Source: Acinetobacter wanghuae
GTDB taxonomy: Bacteria > Pseudomonadota > Gammaproteobacteria > Pseudomonadales > Moraxellaceae
Assembly (NCBI RefSeq): GCF_009557235.1
Contig: NZ_CP045650.1
Coordinates: 960,001-992,000 of the forward strand
DNA length: 32,000 nt
Direction: 5' to 3'
The position numbers and the translations under genes are program-made. Position 1 is the stretch's first letter, and the number at the start of each line of letters is the position of its first letter. Below are positions 20,199 through 29,328 of this stretch, in pieces. The notes under the pieces were generated by a model, which made no database searches, was not told the origin of the DNA, and worked only from the letters and a program-made list of their open reading frames with translations.

Positions 20199-21584
20199 AT
20201 GAATAATGAATGTATGGCCTTGCTGGCTGAGCAGTGGAAACATATATGTCAAAATTATTCATCGGATGATTTATTACATGCCTTTCAATTCATCCAAGAG
20301 CATTCTTTGGTTCTGGTAGAAGAATTTTATAAGAATATGTTGCTGGAAAAGGAATCTGCGGAATTCTTTTCTGATGATTTAATTCAGCAACGCTTACGAG
20401 ATACGCTCAATCAATGGTTGTTAGAAAGCTTCAGTGTTGGCATCAATAAAAGCTTTACAGAAGCGGTCAAAAAACAACGTATGGTGGGGCATGTGCATGC
20501 GCGTGTTGGCATTCCATCATGGTTAATTATGCGCGGTGTGCGTGAAATTGAACGTAAAATGTTTGAGTTACTGAGTGAAGCTGAATATAAAAGTGCCTTA
20601 ACCACTTGTAGCTATATCGTTCAAATCATGGGCTTTGCCACAGAAATCATGTGCCGTTCTTATGAAGCAAAGACGGTAGCCAATCAAGAAGTCAAACATA
20701 GTTATCGCTTGTTCTCAGCTATGCAAGATGTTGCAGTACAAAAAGATAAACAGCGAAGTTCATTACTCGATTGGGAAAATGATCTGATGTTTAAAGTCTT
20801 TTCAGGTGGACATAATTTTAAACATCCGATGTTGTCAAAGTCTGAATTTGGCTTATGGTTTATTCATAAAGCTTCGTATGCTTTCTCAGGTTCAGATCAA
20901 GTACAACTGATTATTGACCGTATTTATCAAGTCGATCAATTGAATGATGTGGTGGTGCAATGTGTAGAAAAAGAGAAAATTCTGACCCTGATTCAATCCA
21001 TTCGTGATCTAAATCGTGAGATTCAACTGTTAGTCGATCAACTGTTCCAAGTCTCGGAATATATTGAATCAGGCAATGATGCATTGACTCAACTGTTAAA
21101 TCGCCGTTATTTAAACACTATTATTGGACGTGAAATTACCTTTTCTCGTCAAAATCGTACACCGTTGTCTTTACTTGCGATTGATGCCGATTTCTTTAAA
21201 TCTATTAATGATAAATTTGGTCATGCAGCAGGGGATTTAGCACTGAAGTTTATTGCAGAAGCTTTGCAAAAATATAGCCAAGGCAGTGACTACGCTTTTC
21301 GTGTCGGTGGTGAAGAATTTTTATTGTTATTGGTCGATACCGATTTAGAGCGTGCCATTAGTGTGGCGGAAAGTATTCGTCAATACGTTGAGCATGGCAT
21401 GATTGCAACGAGCCAAGGGCAACAGTTTAAATTTACCGTGAGTATAGGTTGTGTTCTTTTCGACGGTCATCCAGATTATCAAAAATTCTTAGATGCCGCA
21501 GACACAGCACTGTATGCTGCAAAAAATACAGGTCGAAATCGTGTCTATGTTGCGCAGTCAACTCTGCAAGCGACTTTGGCTTAA
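20199..21584 (+). CDS. Globin-coupled sensor diguanylate cyclase (DosC/YddV-like)
   Basis: Colinear by eye with E. coli DosC: EEFYKNM (distal Tyr), GHVHARVGIP (proximal His), FGLWFIHKASYAFSG, LTQLLNRRYL, AIDADFFKSINDKFGHAAGD, RVGGEEF, GHPDYQKFLDAADTALYAAKNTGRNRV. ATG 20199 with GGGGA upstream is preferred over the track's TTG at 20145. Confidence 0.9.
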   Translation: MNNECMALLAEQWKHICQNYSSDDLLHAFQFIQEHSLVLVEEFYKNMLLEKESAEFFSDDLIQQRLRDTLNQWLLESFSVGINKSFTEAVKKQRMVGHVHARVGIPSWLIMRGVREIERKMFELLSEAEYKSALTTCSYIVQIMGFATEIMCRSYEAKTVANQEVKHSYRLFSAMQDVAVQKDKQRSSLLDWENDLMFKVFSGGHNFKHPMLSKSEFGLWFIHKASYAFSGSDQVQLIIDRIYQVDQLNDVVVQCVEKEKILTLIQSIRDLNREIQLLVDQLFQVSEYIESGNDALTQLLNRRYLNTIIGREITFSRQNRTPLSLLAIDADFFKSINDKFGHAAGDLALKFIAEALQKYSQGSDYAFRVGGEEFLLLLVDTDLERAISVAESIRQYVEHGMIATSQGQQFKFTVSIGCVLFDGHPDYQKFLDAADTALYAAKNTGRNRVYVAQSTLQATLA

Positions 21585-21601
21585 ACAAGATTCATCTTCG
21601 T

Positions 21602-22168
21602 TTAAGCTTGCTCTTGGTTTTTAATCAGCGCTAAGAATTGCTCTTTTTGCTGTAAATATTTGGGATGAACTTTGGCTTCATCCCATTTTTTTTTGAAAAT
21701 GGCAGCGGCAGCTGCTTTCACCGGATCTTCTGGTTGTCGTGGCAATTCATCACGACCATGCGCACCGCTTAAGCCTTTTTTATCCTCAGGCACTGCGCCA
21801 TCATATTTTTTACCGCCTTTATGATTGGCATAGCGACGCGCACGCGTAAAGCCCATTTGTAAAAATTTACGTGCCATATCTGCACCGACAAAATCTTCAG
21901 TGTTTAAATAGGCTTCAAAAAGTGTCCAAATTTTTTCACTACTAATGGTGGCTTTTTCTACGTCGGCAAAACGCCAATAGGGGAGGATTTCTGATTTATA
22001 AGGTTCGACTAAAAGCACGCCTTGTTCACCACGACCAATGCGATACAGTTCAGGGCGTTCTCTAAAGTTAATCTTTTTAAAATCGAGTGAATAATCAAAA
22101 CTCGTTGAGTTAACACGAGAGATTCGTCTAGGTGTTTTGTTTGCATCTGACGATTTGACTTCTTTCAC
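21602..22168 (-). CDS. Conserved hypothetical protein (DUF4385-like)
   Basis: GTG start with GAGGTGG SD. The YRIGRGEQGVLLVEPYKSEILPYWRF block matches my memory of DUF4385. No function known. Confidence 0.75.
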   Translation of the reverse strand: MKEVKSSDANKTPRRISRVNSTSFDYSLDFKKINFRERPELYRIGRGEQGVLLVEPYKSEILPYWRFADVEKATISSEKIWTLFEAYLNTEDFVGADMARKFLQMGFTRARRYANHKGGKKYDGAVPEDKKGLSGAHGRDELPRQPEDPVKAAAAAIFKKKWDEAKVHPKYLQQKEQFLALIKNQEQA

Positions 22169-22192
22169 ATTGCCACCTCAAATGGGATGCTT

Positions 22193-22215
22193 TAAAAAGC
22201 CCCACGAATGGGGCT
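22193..22215 (-). terminator. Rho-independent terminator after the H1-like gene
   Basis: Minus strand gcccca-ttcg-tggggc followed by ttttt. It lies 5 nt beyond the stop and 25 nt before the next gene's start. Confidence 0.8.
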
Positions 22216-22219
22216 GATT

Positions 22220-22735
22220 TTATTTGGTTTTTTTGCTCGTAGATTTGGTTTTTGCTTTAGATGTTTTTGGTTTTTCATCTTTGGCTTTTTCTTTAGTTTT
22301 TGACGTAGTACTTGCTTCTTTTTTTGCAGCAGCAGTTTTGCTTTTCGTTGTAGATGATTTCTTACTCGCTGCCTTTTCAGCTTTCGGTTTTTCATCCTTG
22401 GTTTTACTTTCGGTTTTTGCTTTCGCGGTTTTTTTGGTTGAGGTTGATTTCTCAGCCTTAGCTGAAGTTGCGTCTTTGCTACTCGCTGATTTTTTAGCTT
22501 TCACTTTTTCGTCTTTAGATGCAGCTTCCTTTTTAGCACTACTGGTTTTACTCTTCGCAGTTGTGGCTTTTTTCGATGCTTTGCTATCTGTGTCTTTTGC
22601 TGTACTTTTGGTCGATTTTTTAGCCTTTACTTCGGTGGCTTTTTTGCTGTCTTTCGCCACTTTTTTAGTGCTGTTGTCTTTGCTGTCTTTTTCAGTTGTT
22701 TTTTTTGCGTCAGTTGTTTTCTTCGCTGTAGCCAT
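22220..22735 (-). CDS. Histone-H1-like, lysine/alanine/serine/threonine-rich low-complexity basic protein
   Basis: ATG with strong GGAAGGA SD, its own terminator, 171 aa. Uses only M, A, T, K, D, E, S, N, V and P. Degenerate KDEK[PV]K... repeats. Resembles AlgP/Hc1/H1 C-terminal tails. Confidence 0.8.
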   Translation of the reverse strand: MATAKKTTDAKKTTEKDSKDNSTKKVAKDSKKATEVKAKKSTKSTAKDTDSKASKKATTAKSKTSSAKKEAASKDEKVKAKKSASSKDATSAKAEKSTSTKKTAKAKTESKTKDEKPKAEKAASKKSSTTKSKTAAAKKEASTTSKTKEKAKDEKPKTSKAKTKSTSKKTK

Positions 22736-22983
22736 GATGCAGTCCTTCCGATAATGTTGTTATATTGCATAAGGATGATTGGATGAAAATTCATCTGAGA
22801 TCAATGTACGAATAAATGGCGCACGATAAAAGGTGATCTTGTTTCCAATTGTTAGTCAGTTGTACTTGGGATTTATAAGCCTTTGAATTGTAAAGCCTCT
22901 TTTTATTTTTAAGTTACAAGATTAATAAACTCGCTTTAATTTGAGTAGGCAAAAAACCTGCTCTTTTTATTTTATCAGGCAAT

Positions 22984-23008
22984 AAAAAACCCCGACGTAT
23001 CGAGGTTT
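22984..23008 (-). terminator. Terminator after folE
   Basis: Minus strand cctcga-tacg-tcgggg (one mismatch) followed by ttttttatt. Confidence 0.65.
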
Positions 23009-23030
23009 ATAGAATTGGAGCAATAAATGC

Positions 23031-23585
23031 TTAATACGCTTCAGGTACAGCACTTAAAAATTCACGACGTTCTTCTTTATTGGTTTTAAAATCACCCACG
23101 AAAGACACTGTGCGTGTGGTTGATTCTTGTTTGCCCACACCGCGCATCATCATACACATATGTGCAGAGTCAATCACCACAGCCACACCACGTGCGCCAG
23201 TCACTTCTGCTACAGCTTCTGCAATTTGCTGGGTCAAGTTTTCTTGAATTTGTAAACGACGCGCAAACATTTCAGTAATACGTGCGAATTTAGATAAGCC
23301 TAAAACATTGCCTTCAGGTAAGTAAGCAATATGCACACGACCATAAAATGGCAATAAATGATGTTCACAGAGTGAATAAAATTCGATATTTTTAACCAAT
23401 ACCATTTCACGGTTATCTGAAGGGAAGACCGCTTTGTTGGTCACTTCTTCAAGTGTTTGACTATAGCCAGAAGTCAAATATGAAAATGCTTTGGCAGCAC
23501 GCATTGGCGTATCTTTGAGACCCGGGCGATTTAAATCTTCACCAACGGCAGTAAGAATGTTTGCGTAGGATTGCTGCATAGTCAT
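23031..23585 (-). CDS. folE: GTP cyclohydrolase I (FolE type 1)
   Basis: [29 protein letters not shown]...[12 protein letters not shown] and HMCMMMRGV are hallmark FolE blocks. Confidence 0.96.
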   Translation of the reverse strand: MTMQQSYANILTAVGEDLNRPGLKDTPMRAAKAFSYLTSGYSQTLEEVTNKAVFPSDNREMVLVKNIEFYSLCEHHLLPFYGRVHIAYLPEGNVLGLSKFARITEMFARRLQIQENLTQQIAEAVAEVTGARGVAVVIDSAHMCMMMRGVGKQESTTRTVSFVGDFKTNKEERREFLSAVPEAY

Positions 23586-23674
23586 GTGACGTATTCACTT
23601 ACACTGAGAAAAAGAATAAGGACGGCATTGTATCAGAAAACAAATACAATGCCTTGCTTTGAAGGTGAAACTGT

Positions 23675-24361
23675 TTACTGTTTGAGCTGTGGGTTTTTTT
23701 CAGCACGTTTTAGCAGGACTAAAACAGCGCCTGTACCGCCTTGTTTTTCAGGTGCGCTGACAAATGCCAAGACATCACGATGCTGACGGAGCCAACTATT
23801 CACATAGCTTTTTAAAATCGCTTCAGGACCTTTACCATGCACAATTTTAATCACATTTTGATTTTCATCTTTTGCGATTTGAATAATTTGTAAAACCGCT
23901 GAGCGGGCTTCTTCGATGGTACAACCATGCAAATCGACTGCTTCAAACCAACGTAAATTGCCGGCTTTTAAATCTTCAAACACTTTATGTTGCAATGTCG
24001 CAATACGATAACTGAGCGCCACTTGGCTACCGACAGGATTAAGCATAGCGTGGGTATCCGACATAATCGTGTCTTCTGTTTCCATTGGACCCATGGCTGA
24101 TGCACGTTTTGCTAAAGTTTGGGCATCTATCTTTTTCTTTTTCGGCTTTTCAATTTTGGCACGATTGCTGGCTTCAATTTTTTGTACGCCTTGCATCTGC
24201 TTATGGAATAAAGCCATTTCATCTTCGAGATCGTCTTCAACTTTCGCAGCGGCTTGCTGAACCTTTTTGATCTGTTCCTGCACCTGCGTTGTCGTAATTT
24301 GTTTTTTCATCTGCTTTAACAAATCAAGCTGTGACTTTGAAAATGAAGAATCGTTGCTCAT
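23675..24361 (-). CDS. Smr domain protein (SmrA/SmrB-like endonuclease)
   Basis: C-terminal Smr domain: VDLHGCTIEEARSAVLQ...IKIVHGKG...LKSYVNSWLRQH. The N-terminal half is K/Q/E-rich and coiled-coil-like. Confidence 0.88.
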   Translation of the reverse strand: MSNDSSFSKSQLDLLKQMKKQITTTQVQEQIKKVQQAAAKVEDDLEDEMALFHKQMQGVQKIEASNRAKIEKPKKKKIDAQTLAKRASAMGPMETEDTIMSDTHAMLNPVGSQVALSYRIATLQHKVFEDLKAGNLRWFEAVDLHGCTIEEARSAVLQIIQIAKDENQNVIKIVHGKGPEAILKSYVNSWLRQHRDVLAFVSAPEKQGGTGAVLVLLKRAEKNPQLKQ

Positions 24362-24494
24362 AGTGAAAATAGGAAGATGTCAAAGGGTCGTTAAATTATA
24401 GTCTGAAATGTCACAGATGAGAACTGAAAAGCTTGCAACACCTATAGATAATGCGTTACTTCAATATGCAGTACCTGTCGCTCTTAGGCAGAAT

Positions 24495-24526
24495 AAAAAA
24501 GCCCAATCTTCATGATTGGGCTTTTT
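24495..24526 (-). terminator. Rho-independent terminator after trpC (bidirectional in form)
   Basis: aaaaaagcccaatc-ttca-tgattgggcttttt. Confidence 0.88.
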
Positions 24527-24545
24527 AGTTATTTCAAATGAACCA

Positions 24546-25352
24546 TTAAACTGATTCAGGTTCACCAAATAAATCACGGAATGCATGATCAGGACGAGGT
24601 TGTTTCATAAAGCTTTCACCGACCAAGAATGCATGAATGTCATGTTCTTGCATCATAGCTACATCTTGAGGCGTTGCAATACCGCTTTCAGTGACTAAAA
24701 GACGAGATGGATCGAGTAACTTTTTCAAACGTAGTGAGGTATTTAGATCGACATCAAAGGTTTTTAAGTTACGGTTATTCACGCCCAATAAACAACGATC
24801 CGATAATCTTAAAGCACGTTCAAGTTCGGCTTCATCATGCACTTCAACCAACACATCTAAGTTGTGCTCAAATGCAGTCTTCGACATTTCTTCCAATTGT
24901 TGATCAGATAAACATGCCACAATTAATAAAATACAGTCAGCATGTAAAGCGCGCGCTTCAATTACACCATAAGGATCAATCAAGAAATCCTTACGAAGTG
25001 CGGGCAAGTCACAGTGTGTACGGGCAATTTGAATATTGTCATCATGACCTTGGAAAAAATCCACATCGGTCAAAACAGATAAGCATGCCGCACCTGCATC
25101 TTGATACTGCGCTGCAATGTCAGCAGGATTAAAATTCTCACGAATAATCCCTTTTGAAGGCGACGCTTTTTTAATTTCAGCAATCACACCCGGGCGTTTA
25201 GATAGCAGTGACTGCGAGAAACCACGTACAGGTGATGCAGCTAAGGTTAGCTCTTCAAGATCTTTATAACTTTTTTGCTTTAAACGTAGTGCAAATTCTT
25301 CTTTTTTACGATCAACGATTTTGCCTAAAATTGTATTTGCGATATCAACCAT
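24546..25352 (-). CDS. trpC: Indole-3-glycerol-phosphate synthase
   Basis: VIAEIKKASPSKG, LSVLTD..FFQG, LRKDFLIDPYQ-like and LVEVHD blocks. Monofunctional size of 268 aa. Confidence 0.95.
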   Translation of the reverse strand: MVDIANTILGKIVDRKKEEFALRLKQKSYKDLEELTLAASPVRGFSQSLLSKRPGVIAEIKKASPSKGIIRENFNPADIAAQYQDAGAACLSVLTDVDFFQGHDDNIQIARTHCDLPALRKDFLIDPYGVIEARALHADCILLIVACLSDQQLEEMSKTAFEHNLDVLVEVHDEAELERALRLSDRCLLGVNNRNLKTFDVDLNTSLRLKKLLDPSRLLVTESGIATPQDVAMMQEHDIHAFLVGESFMKQPRPDHAFRDLFGEPESV

Positions 25353-25369
25353 GATATTTATTCCATTCC

Positions 25370-26416
25370 TTAGGCGTTGTACTGTTTAACGGTTTTGGTG
25401 AATTCAGACAGTACGCTCATCTTCTCAAGCGCCTGACCGCCATAAATAATATCGTGTGCAAGTGCGACACCATGTTTATAGCTTGACGTTAAACCAGAGA
25501 CATAAATCGCAGCACCGGCATTGAGCGCAATCATATTTGCAGCTTTTTCACCAACAGGGGATTTTTTCTTACCTAAAGCGTCTTTAATCAGATTTAAACT
25601 TTCAGTCGAGCTGTCTACCGATAAATGCGTCAATGTTTGCGATTCGATATCGACATCTTCAGGCAAGATTTCCCACTCAAAAACTTCGCCATTTTTGAGT
25701 TCAGCGACAGAGGTCGATGATGCCAAACTGATTTCATCAAGACCATCGCGTGAATGTACCACCATGACATGTTCAGCACCGAGGTGTTTCAGTACTTCAG
25801 CCAATGGGCGACACAATTCCTTTGAAAATACACCAATCACAAAACGACGTACACCAGCCGGATTTGTAAGTGGGCCAAGTAAATTAAAAATACTACGGAA
25901 GCCCAGTTCCTTACGTGGACCTGCAGCATATTTCATCGCTTTATGATGGTTGGGTGCAAATAAGAAACCAATGCCGATATCACGAATACAGCGTTCAGTT
26001 TGCTGCATATTTAAGTCAAGGTTAATACCTGCTTGTTCAAGTAAATCAGAAGATCCTGATTTTGATGACACACCACGACCACCATGTTTGGCTACGGTTG
26101 CGCCCGCAGCAGCGGTGACAAAGCTTGAAGCTGTTGATACATTAAATAGGTTTTGTTCGTCACCACCTGTACCGACAATATCGACTAAATACGGCAAATC
26201 ACTGACATCAATTTTGATGGCAAATTCACGCATCACACGTGCAGCAGCAGTAATTTCATCAATACTTTCGCCTTTAAGGCGTAGCCCCATCATCAGCGCA
26301 CCAATTTGTGCATCGGTCGCTTCGCCATTCATGATGGTGCGCATTACGCATTCCATTTGATCTTGAGTCAGTTCAATATTTTTGGTGATGTTATGTAACG
26401 CTTGTTGAATATTCAT
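25370..26416 (-). CDS. trpD: Anthranilate phosphoribosyltransferase
   Basis: [47 protein letters not shown] and [10 protein letters not shown] are hallmark TrpD blocks. Confidence 0.96.
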   Translation of the reverse strand: MNIQQALHNITKNIELTQDQMECVMRTIMNGEATDAQIGALMMGLRLKGESIDEITAAARVMREFAIKIDVSDLPYLVDIVGTGGDEQNLFNVSTASSFVTAAAGATVAKHGGRGVSSKSGSSDLLEQAGINLDLNMQQTERCIRDIGIGFLFAPNHHKAMKYAAGPRKELGFRSIFNLLGPLTNPAGVRRFVIGVFSKELCRPLAEVLKHLGAEHVMVVHSRDGLDEISLASSTSVAELKNGEVFEWEILPEDVDIESQTLTHLSVDSSTESLNLIKDALGKKKSPVGEKAANMIALNAGAAIYVSGLTSSYKHGVALAHDIIYGGQALEKMSVLSEFTKTVKQYNA

Positions 26417-26435
26417 GTTGTAAAATTTCGCTTAA

Positions 26436-27020
26436 TTATGCATAAATGTCTAAAAAGTTTTTAAAGATTTGATGGCCATGTTCGCTTAGGATCGATTCAG
26501 GGTGGAACTGCACGCCTTCAATCGGCAATGTCTTATGTTTGATCCCCATAATTTCTTCCATTGAGCCATCATTTTCATTGGTCCAACACGTCACTTCCAA
26601 GCATTCTGGAAGCGTTGCTTGATCAATCACCAAAGAGTGATAGCGTGTTGCAGCAAAAGGCGAGGGCAGATTGCTGAAAATGCCCGTATCGCTGTGGTAC
26701 ATGTCGGATAGACGACCGTGCATGACACGTTTCGCACGAATAATATCCCCACCAAAGGCTTGCCCAATACTTTGATGCCCAAGACATACCCCGAGTAAAG
26801 GAATCTTGCCAGCAAAGTGTTGAATCGCAGCAATGGAAATGCCCGCTTCACTCGGTGAACATGGACCAGGACCAATGACCAAATACTTCGGTTGCCATCG
26901 CTCAATATCTTCCAATGTCACGGCATCATTACGGACCACTTTTACTTCTTGATTGAGTTCGCCAAAATATTGCACGATGTTGTAAGTAAAAGAGTCATAG
27001 TTGTCGATCATTAAAAGCAT
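26436..27020 (-). CDS. trpG: Anthranilate synthase component II / aminodeoxychorismate synthase glutamine amidotransferase
   Basis: Class I GATase: [29 protein letters not shown] (catalytic Cys), GVQFHPES (His). First gene of the trpGDC operon, as described for Acinetobacter and Pseudomonas. Confidence 0.95.
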   Translation of the reverse strand: MLLMIDNYDSFTYNIVQYFGELNQEVKVVRNDAVTLEDIERWQPKYLVIGPGPCSPSEAGISIAAIQHFAGKIPLLGVCLGHQSIGQAFGGDIIRAKRVMHGRLSDMYHSDTGIFSNLPSPFAATRYHSLVIDQATLPECLEVTCWTNENDGSMEEIMGIKHKTLPIEGVQFHPESILSEHGHQIFKNFLDIYA

Positions 27021-27094
27021 GAGCTTAACCTGTAAAATTTATGCACATGAAGTGCTAGCGTTGTTAAGGTCGGACTTTATTTTTATGTCACATA

Positions 27095-27115
27095 AATTGA
27101 TTTAGATTATCAATT
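27095..27115. promoter_or_regulatory. Perfect palindrome AATTGAT-N7-ATCAATT, a candidate operator upstream of trpG
   Basis: 7-bp arms and 7-bp spacer, 75-95 bp upstream of the trpG ATG. A third AATTGATTT copy follows at about 27122. No regulator assigned. Confidence 0.3.
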
Positions 27116-27577
27116 AAATAATTGATTTCATTACGTGAAAATAAAGCGTGAATCATCATAACAAATAATCGGTGATTTCGGGATGAGATTTTCCCCCTTT
27201 TTTATAGAGGGAATTAGGTTTTTAGTCCGAATACATCTATTGTTAATTCCTTATAAAAAATAGTTGGTTTTAGCCAAACCTAAAGTTTTCTAAAAATAGC
27301 TTTTTAAGCGCAAACTGATAAGAAAAATGAAAAATAGACAGCCATATCGTTTGAAATACCAACAGTTAAATTTAAAGAAATTTTCTGATCTGTAGGAATT
27401 CATAATCAAAACTTTAAAGTGACTCAAAACAGGGAGTTTTTAGGGCGACATTGCCTGAATAAAAGTGAGTCAAAATTACACATAAACTTAAAATCTGCTG
27501 AAAATTTACACTTATGGCTATAAAACACACCAGAATACTCAATAATGAAGGAGTATAAAGAAAGCAGAGTTGTAAGA

Positions 27578-27594
27578 TGCACTATTTAGGTGCA
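27578..27594 (+). promoter_or_regulatory. NtrC (NRI) enhancer site 1 upstream of glnA
   Basis: TGCACTATTTAGGTGCA matches TGCACC-N5-GGTGCA at 11 of 12 half-site positions. Confidence 0.7.
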
Positions 27595-27629
27595 CTAAAA
27601 AATACCAATAAAACAAAACGGATTAACAG

Positions 27630-27646
27630 TGCGTGAATATAGTGCA
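27630..27646 (+). promoter_or_regulatory. NtrC enhancer site 2 (weaker)
   Basis: TGCGTGAATATAGTGCA. Its centre is 52 bp (about 5 helical turns) from site 1. Confidence 0.5.
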
Positions 27647-27740
27647 TTTAGTTTCATAGCAAGTATAATAAGCGCAAAGTACAAGGGCCTAATCACGTTT
27701 TCTAATAAGGATTTCAGGATTTTATCTTTACTTTTAAAAG

Positions 27741-27757
27741 TTGGTACGGTAATTGCT
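27741..27757 (+). promoter_or_regulatory. sigma54 (-24/-12) promoter of glnA
   Basis: TTGGTACGGTAATTGCT against consensus TGGCACG-N4-TTGCW. GG and GC are at the correct 12-nt register. It lies about 65 nt upstream of the glnA ATG. Confidence 0.8.
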
Positions 27758-27823
27758 TTATAACTACCAACTACTAACACGCACGTAACGAGTGCAACAA
27801 AAAAACATCGGAGCAAATTGAGC

Positions 27824-29233
27824 ATGGCGAACAAGGTCCTTCAACTCATCCAAGAAAGTGGCGCAAAATGGGTCGACTTCCGTTTTACAGACACGAAAGG
27901 TAAAGAGCAGCACGTAACTTATCCAGCTGACACTATCGATGAAGACACATTTGAAGACGGTAAAATGTTCGATGGTTCTTCAATCGCAGGTTGGAAAGGC
28001 ATTGAAGCTTCTGACATGATTTTACGTCCAGATGCTGCAACAGGTTTCCTTGACCCGTTCTTCGCCGAGCCTACAGTTGTGGTCACTTGTGACGTGATTG
28101 AACCTTCAACTGGTCAAGGTTATGACCGTGACCCACGTTCGATTGCTCGCCGTGCTGAAGAATACCTAAAATCGACAGGTATTGGTGATACTGCATTCTT
28201 TGGTCCAGAACCAGAATTCTTCGTATTTGACGAAGTAAAATGGGAAATTGATATGTCTGGCGCGCGCCATACATTGATCGCTGAAGAAGCTGCTTGGTCT
28301 ACAAACAAAGATTACGAAGGCGGTAACTCTGGTCACCGTCCACGTGTAAAAGGCGGTTACTTCCCAGTTCCTCCTGTAGATTCTTCTCATGACATGCGTG
28401 CGGATATGTGTGCGCGTATTGAAGACATCATGGGCCCTGGTCGTGTAGAAGTACATCACCATGAAGTTGCATCGTGCCAATTAGAAATTGGTGTGAGCTT
28501 CAACACAATGGTTCGTAAAGCGGACGAAGTTCAACAGTTCAAATATGCAGTTTGGAACGTTGCACATCAATACGCAAAAACTGCGACCTTTATGCCTAAA
28601 CCAATGGTAGGTGATAACGGTTCTGGTATGCACGTTCATATGTCAATCTCTAAAGATGGCAAGAACTTGTTTGCTGGTGATGAATACGCAGGTTTGTCAG
28701 AAATGGCGTTGTATTTCATCGGTGGTATTATCAAACATGCACGTTCACTGAATGCGTTGACTAACCCGTCAACAAACTCATACAAACGTTTAGTGCCACA
28801 CTTCGAAGCACCGATTATGCTTGCTTACTCAGCACGTAACCGTTCGGCTTCTATCCGTATTCCTTACGTGTCTAGCCCGAAAGGCAAACGTATCGAAGCA
28901 CGTTTCCCAGATCCAATGATGAACCCGTACTTAGGTTTCGCAGCATTGTTGATGGCGGGTCTTGATGGTATTCAAAACAAGATCCACCCAGGTGAAGCAG
29001 CCGACAAAAACTTGTACGATCTTCCTCCTGAAGAAGAAGCAAAAATCCCAACAGTGGCACACAGCCTTGATATGGCACTTGAAGCACTTCAAGCTGATCA
29101 TGATTACCTGCTTAAAGGTGGCGTGTTCACGAAAGAAATGCTTGAGGCTTACATCGAGCTTAAAACTGAAGAAGTGCGTCGTTTGAACACGACAACGCAT
29201 CCAGTTGAATTCGATATGTACTACAGCTTGTAA
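27824..29233 (+). CDS. glnA: Glutamine synthetase type I (adenylylatable)
   Basis: [33 protein letters not shown] and [10 protein letters not shown] (adenylylation Tyr). GGAG SD 10 nt before ATG 27824; the track's TTG at 27818 is less likely. Confidence 0.97.
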   Translation: MANKVLQLIQESGAKWVDFRFTDTKGKEQHVTYPADTIDEDTFEDGKMFDGSSIAGWKGIEASDMILRPDAATGFLDPFFAEPTVVVTCDVIEPSTGQGYDRDPRSIARRAEEYLKSTGIGDTAFFGPEPEFFVFDEVKWEIDMSGARHTLIAEEAAWSTNKDYEGGNSGHRPRVKGGYFPVPPVDSSHDMRADMCARIEDIMGPGRVEVHHHEVASCQLEIGVSFNTMVRKADEVQQFKYAVWNVAHQYAKTATFMPKPMVGDNGSGMHVHMSISKDGKNLFAGDEYAGLSEMALYFIGGIIKHARSLNALTNPSTNSYKRLVPHFEAPIMLAYSARNRSASIRIPYVSSPKGKRIEARFPDPMMNPYLGFAALLMAGLDGIQNKIHPGEAADKNLYDLPPEEEAKIPTVAHSLDMALEALQADHDYLLKGGVFTKEMLEAYIELKTEEVRRLNTTTHPVEFDMYYSL

Positions 29234-29253
29234 TTCTGTACAGAATTTCACGC

Positions 29254-29286
29254 TAAAAAAACCCGCGCTTGTCGCGGGTTTTTTTG
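29254..29286 (+). terminator. Rho-independent terminator after glnA
   Basis: aaaaaaacccgcg-cttgt-cgcgggttttttt. Confidence 0.92.
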
Positions 29287-29328
29287 TACTAGGGTAATAT
29301 GGGCTATTGATTAGCGATTTGAACTGTT

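Noticed and set aside
22224-22754. 176-aa ORF on the plus strand antisense to the H1-like gene, plus a 67-aa ORF at 22192-22395 in another frame.
   Set aside because: These are mirror and shifted frames kept open by the extreme AAA/GCT/ACT/TCT codon bias. The products are F/L/V-only or K/Q-only artefacts, and there is no SD.
24691-26360. Plus-strand ORFs of 70-141 aa antisense to trpC and trpD (24691-24903, 24707-25132, 25521-25946, 25950-26360), and a minus-strand ORF at 26627-26905 within trpG.
   Set aside because: All lie within strongly supported trp genes. The S/R/P-rich products are typical of antisense frames.
27021-27400. I looked for a trp attenuator (leader peptide with tandem Trp codons plus a terminator/antiterminator) upstream of trpG.
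   Set aside because: There is no CCACCA (tandem TGG on the coding strand) and no T-run hairpin in the leader region.
27595-27834. 79-aa minus-strand ORF overlapping the glnA start.
   Set aside because: It lies antisense across the sigma54 promoter, NtrC site 2 and the glnA SD/ATG. It has no SD and is an AT-rich accidental frame.
28083-29251. Several 62-106-aa ORFs within or antisense to glnA.
   Set aside because: glnA homology explains the locus, and these ORFs have no independent signals.
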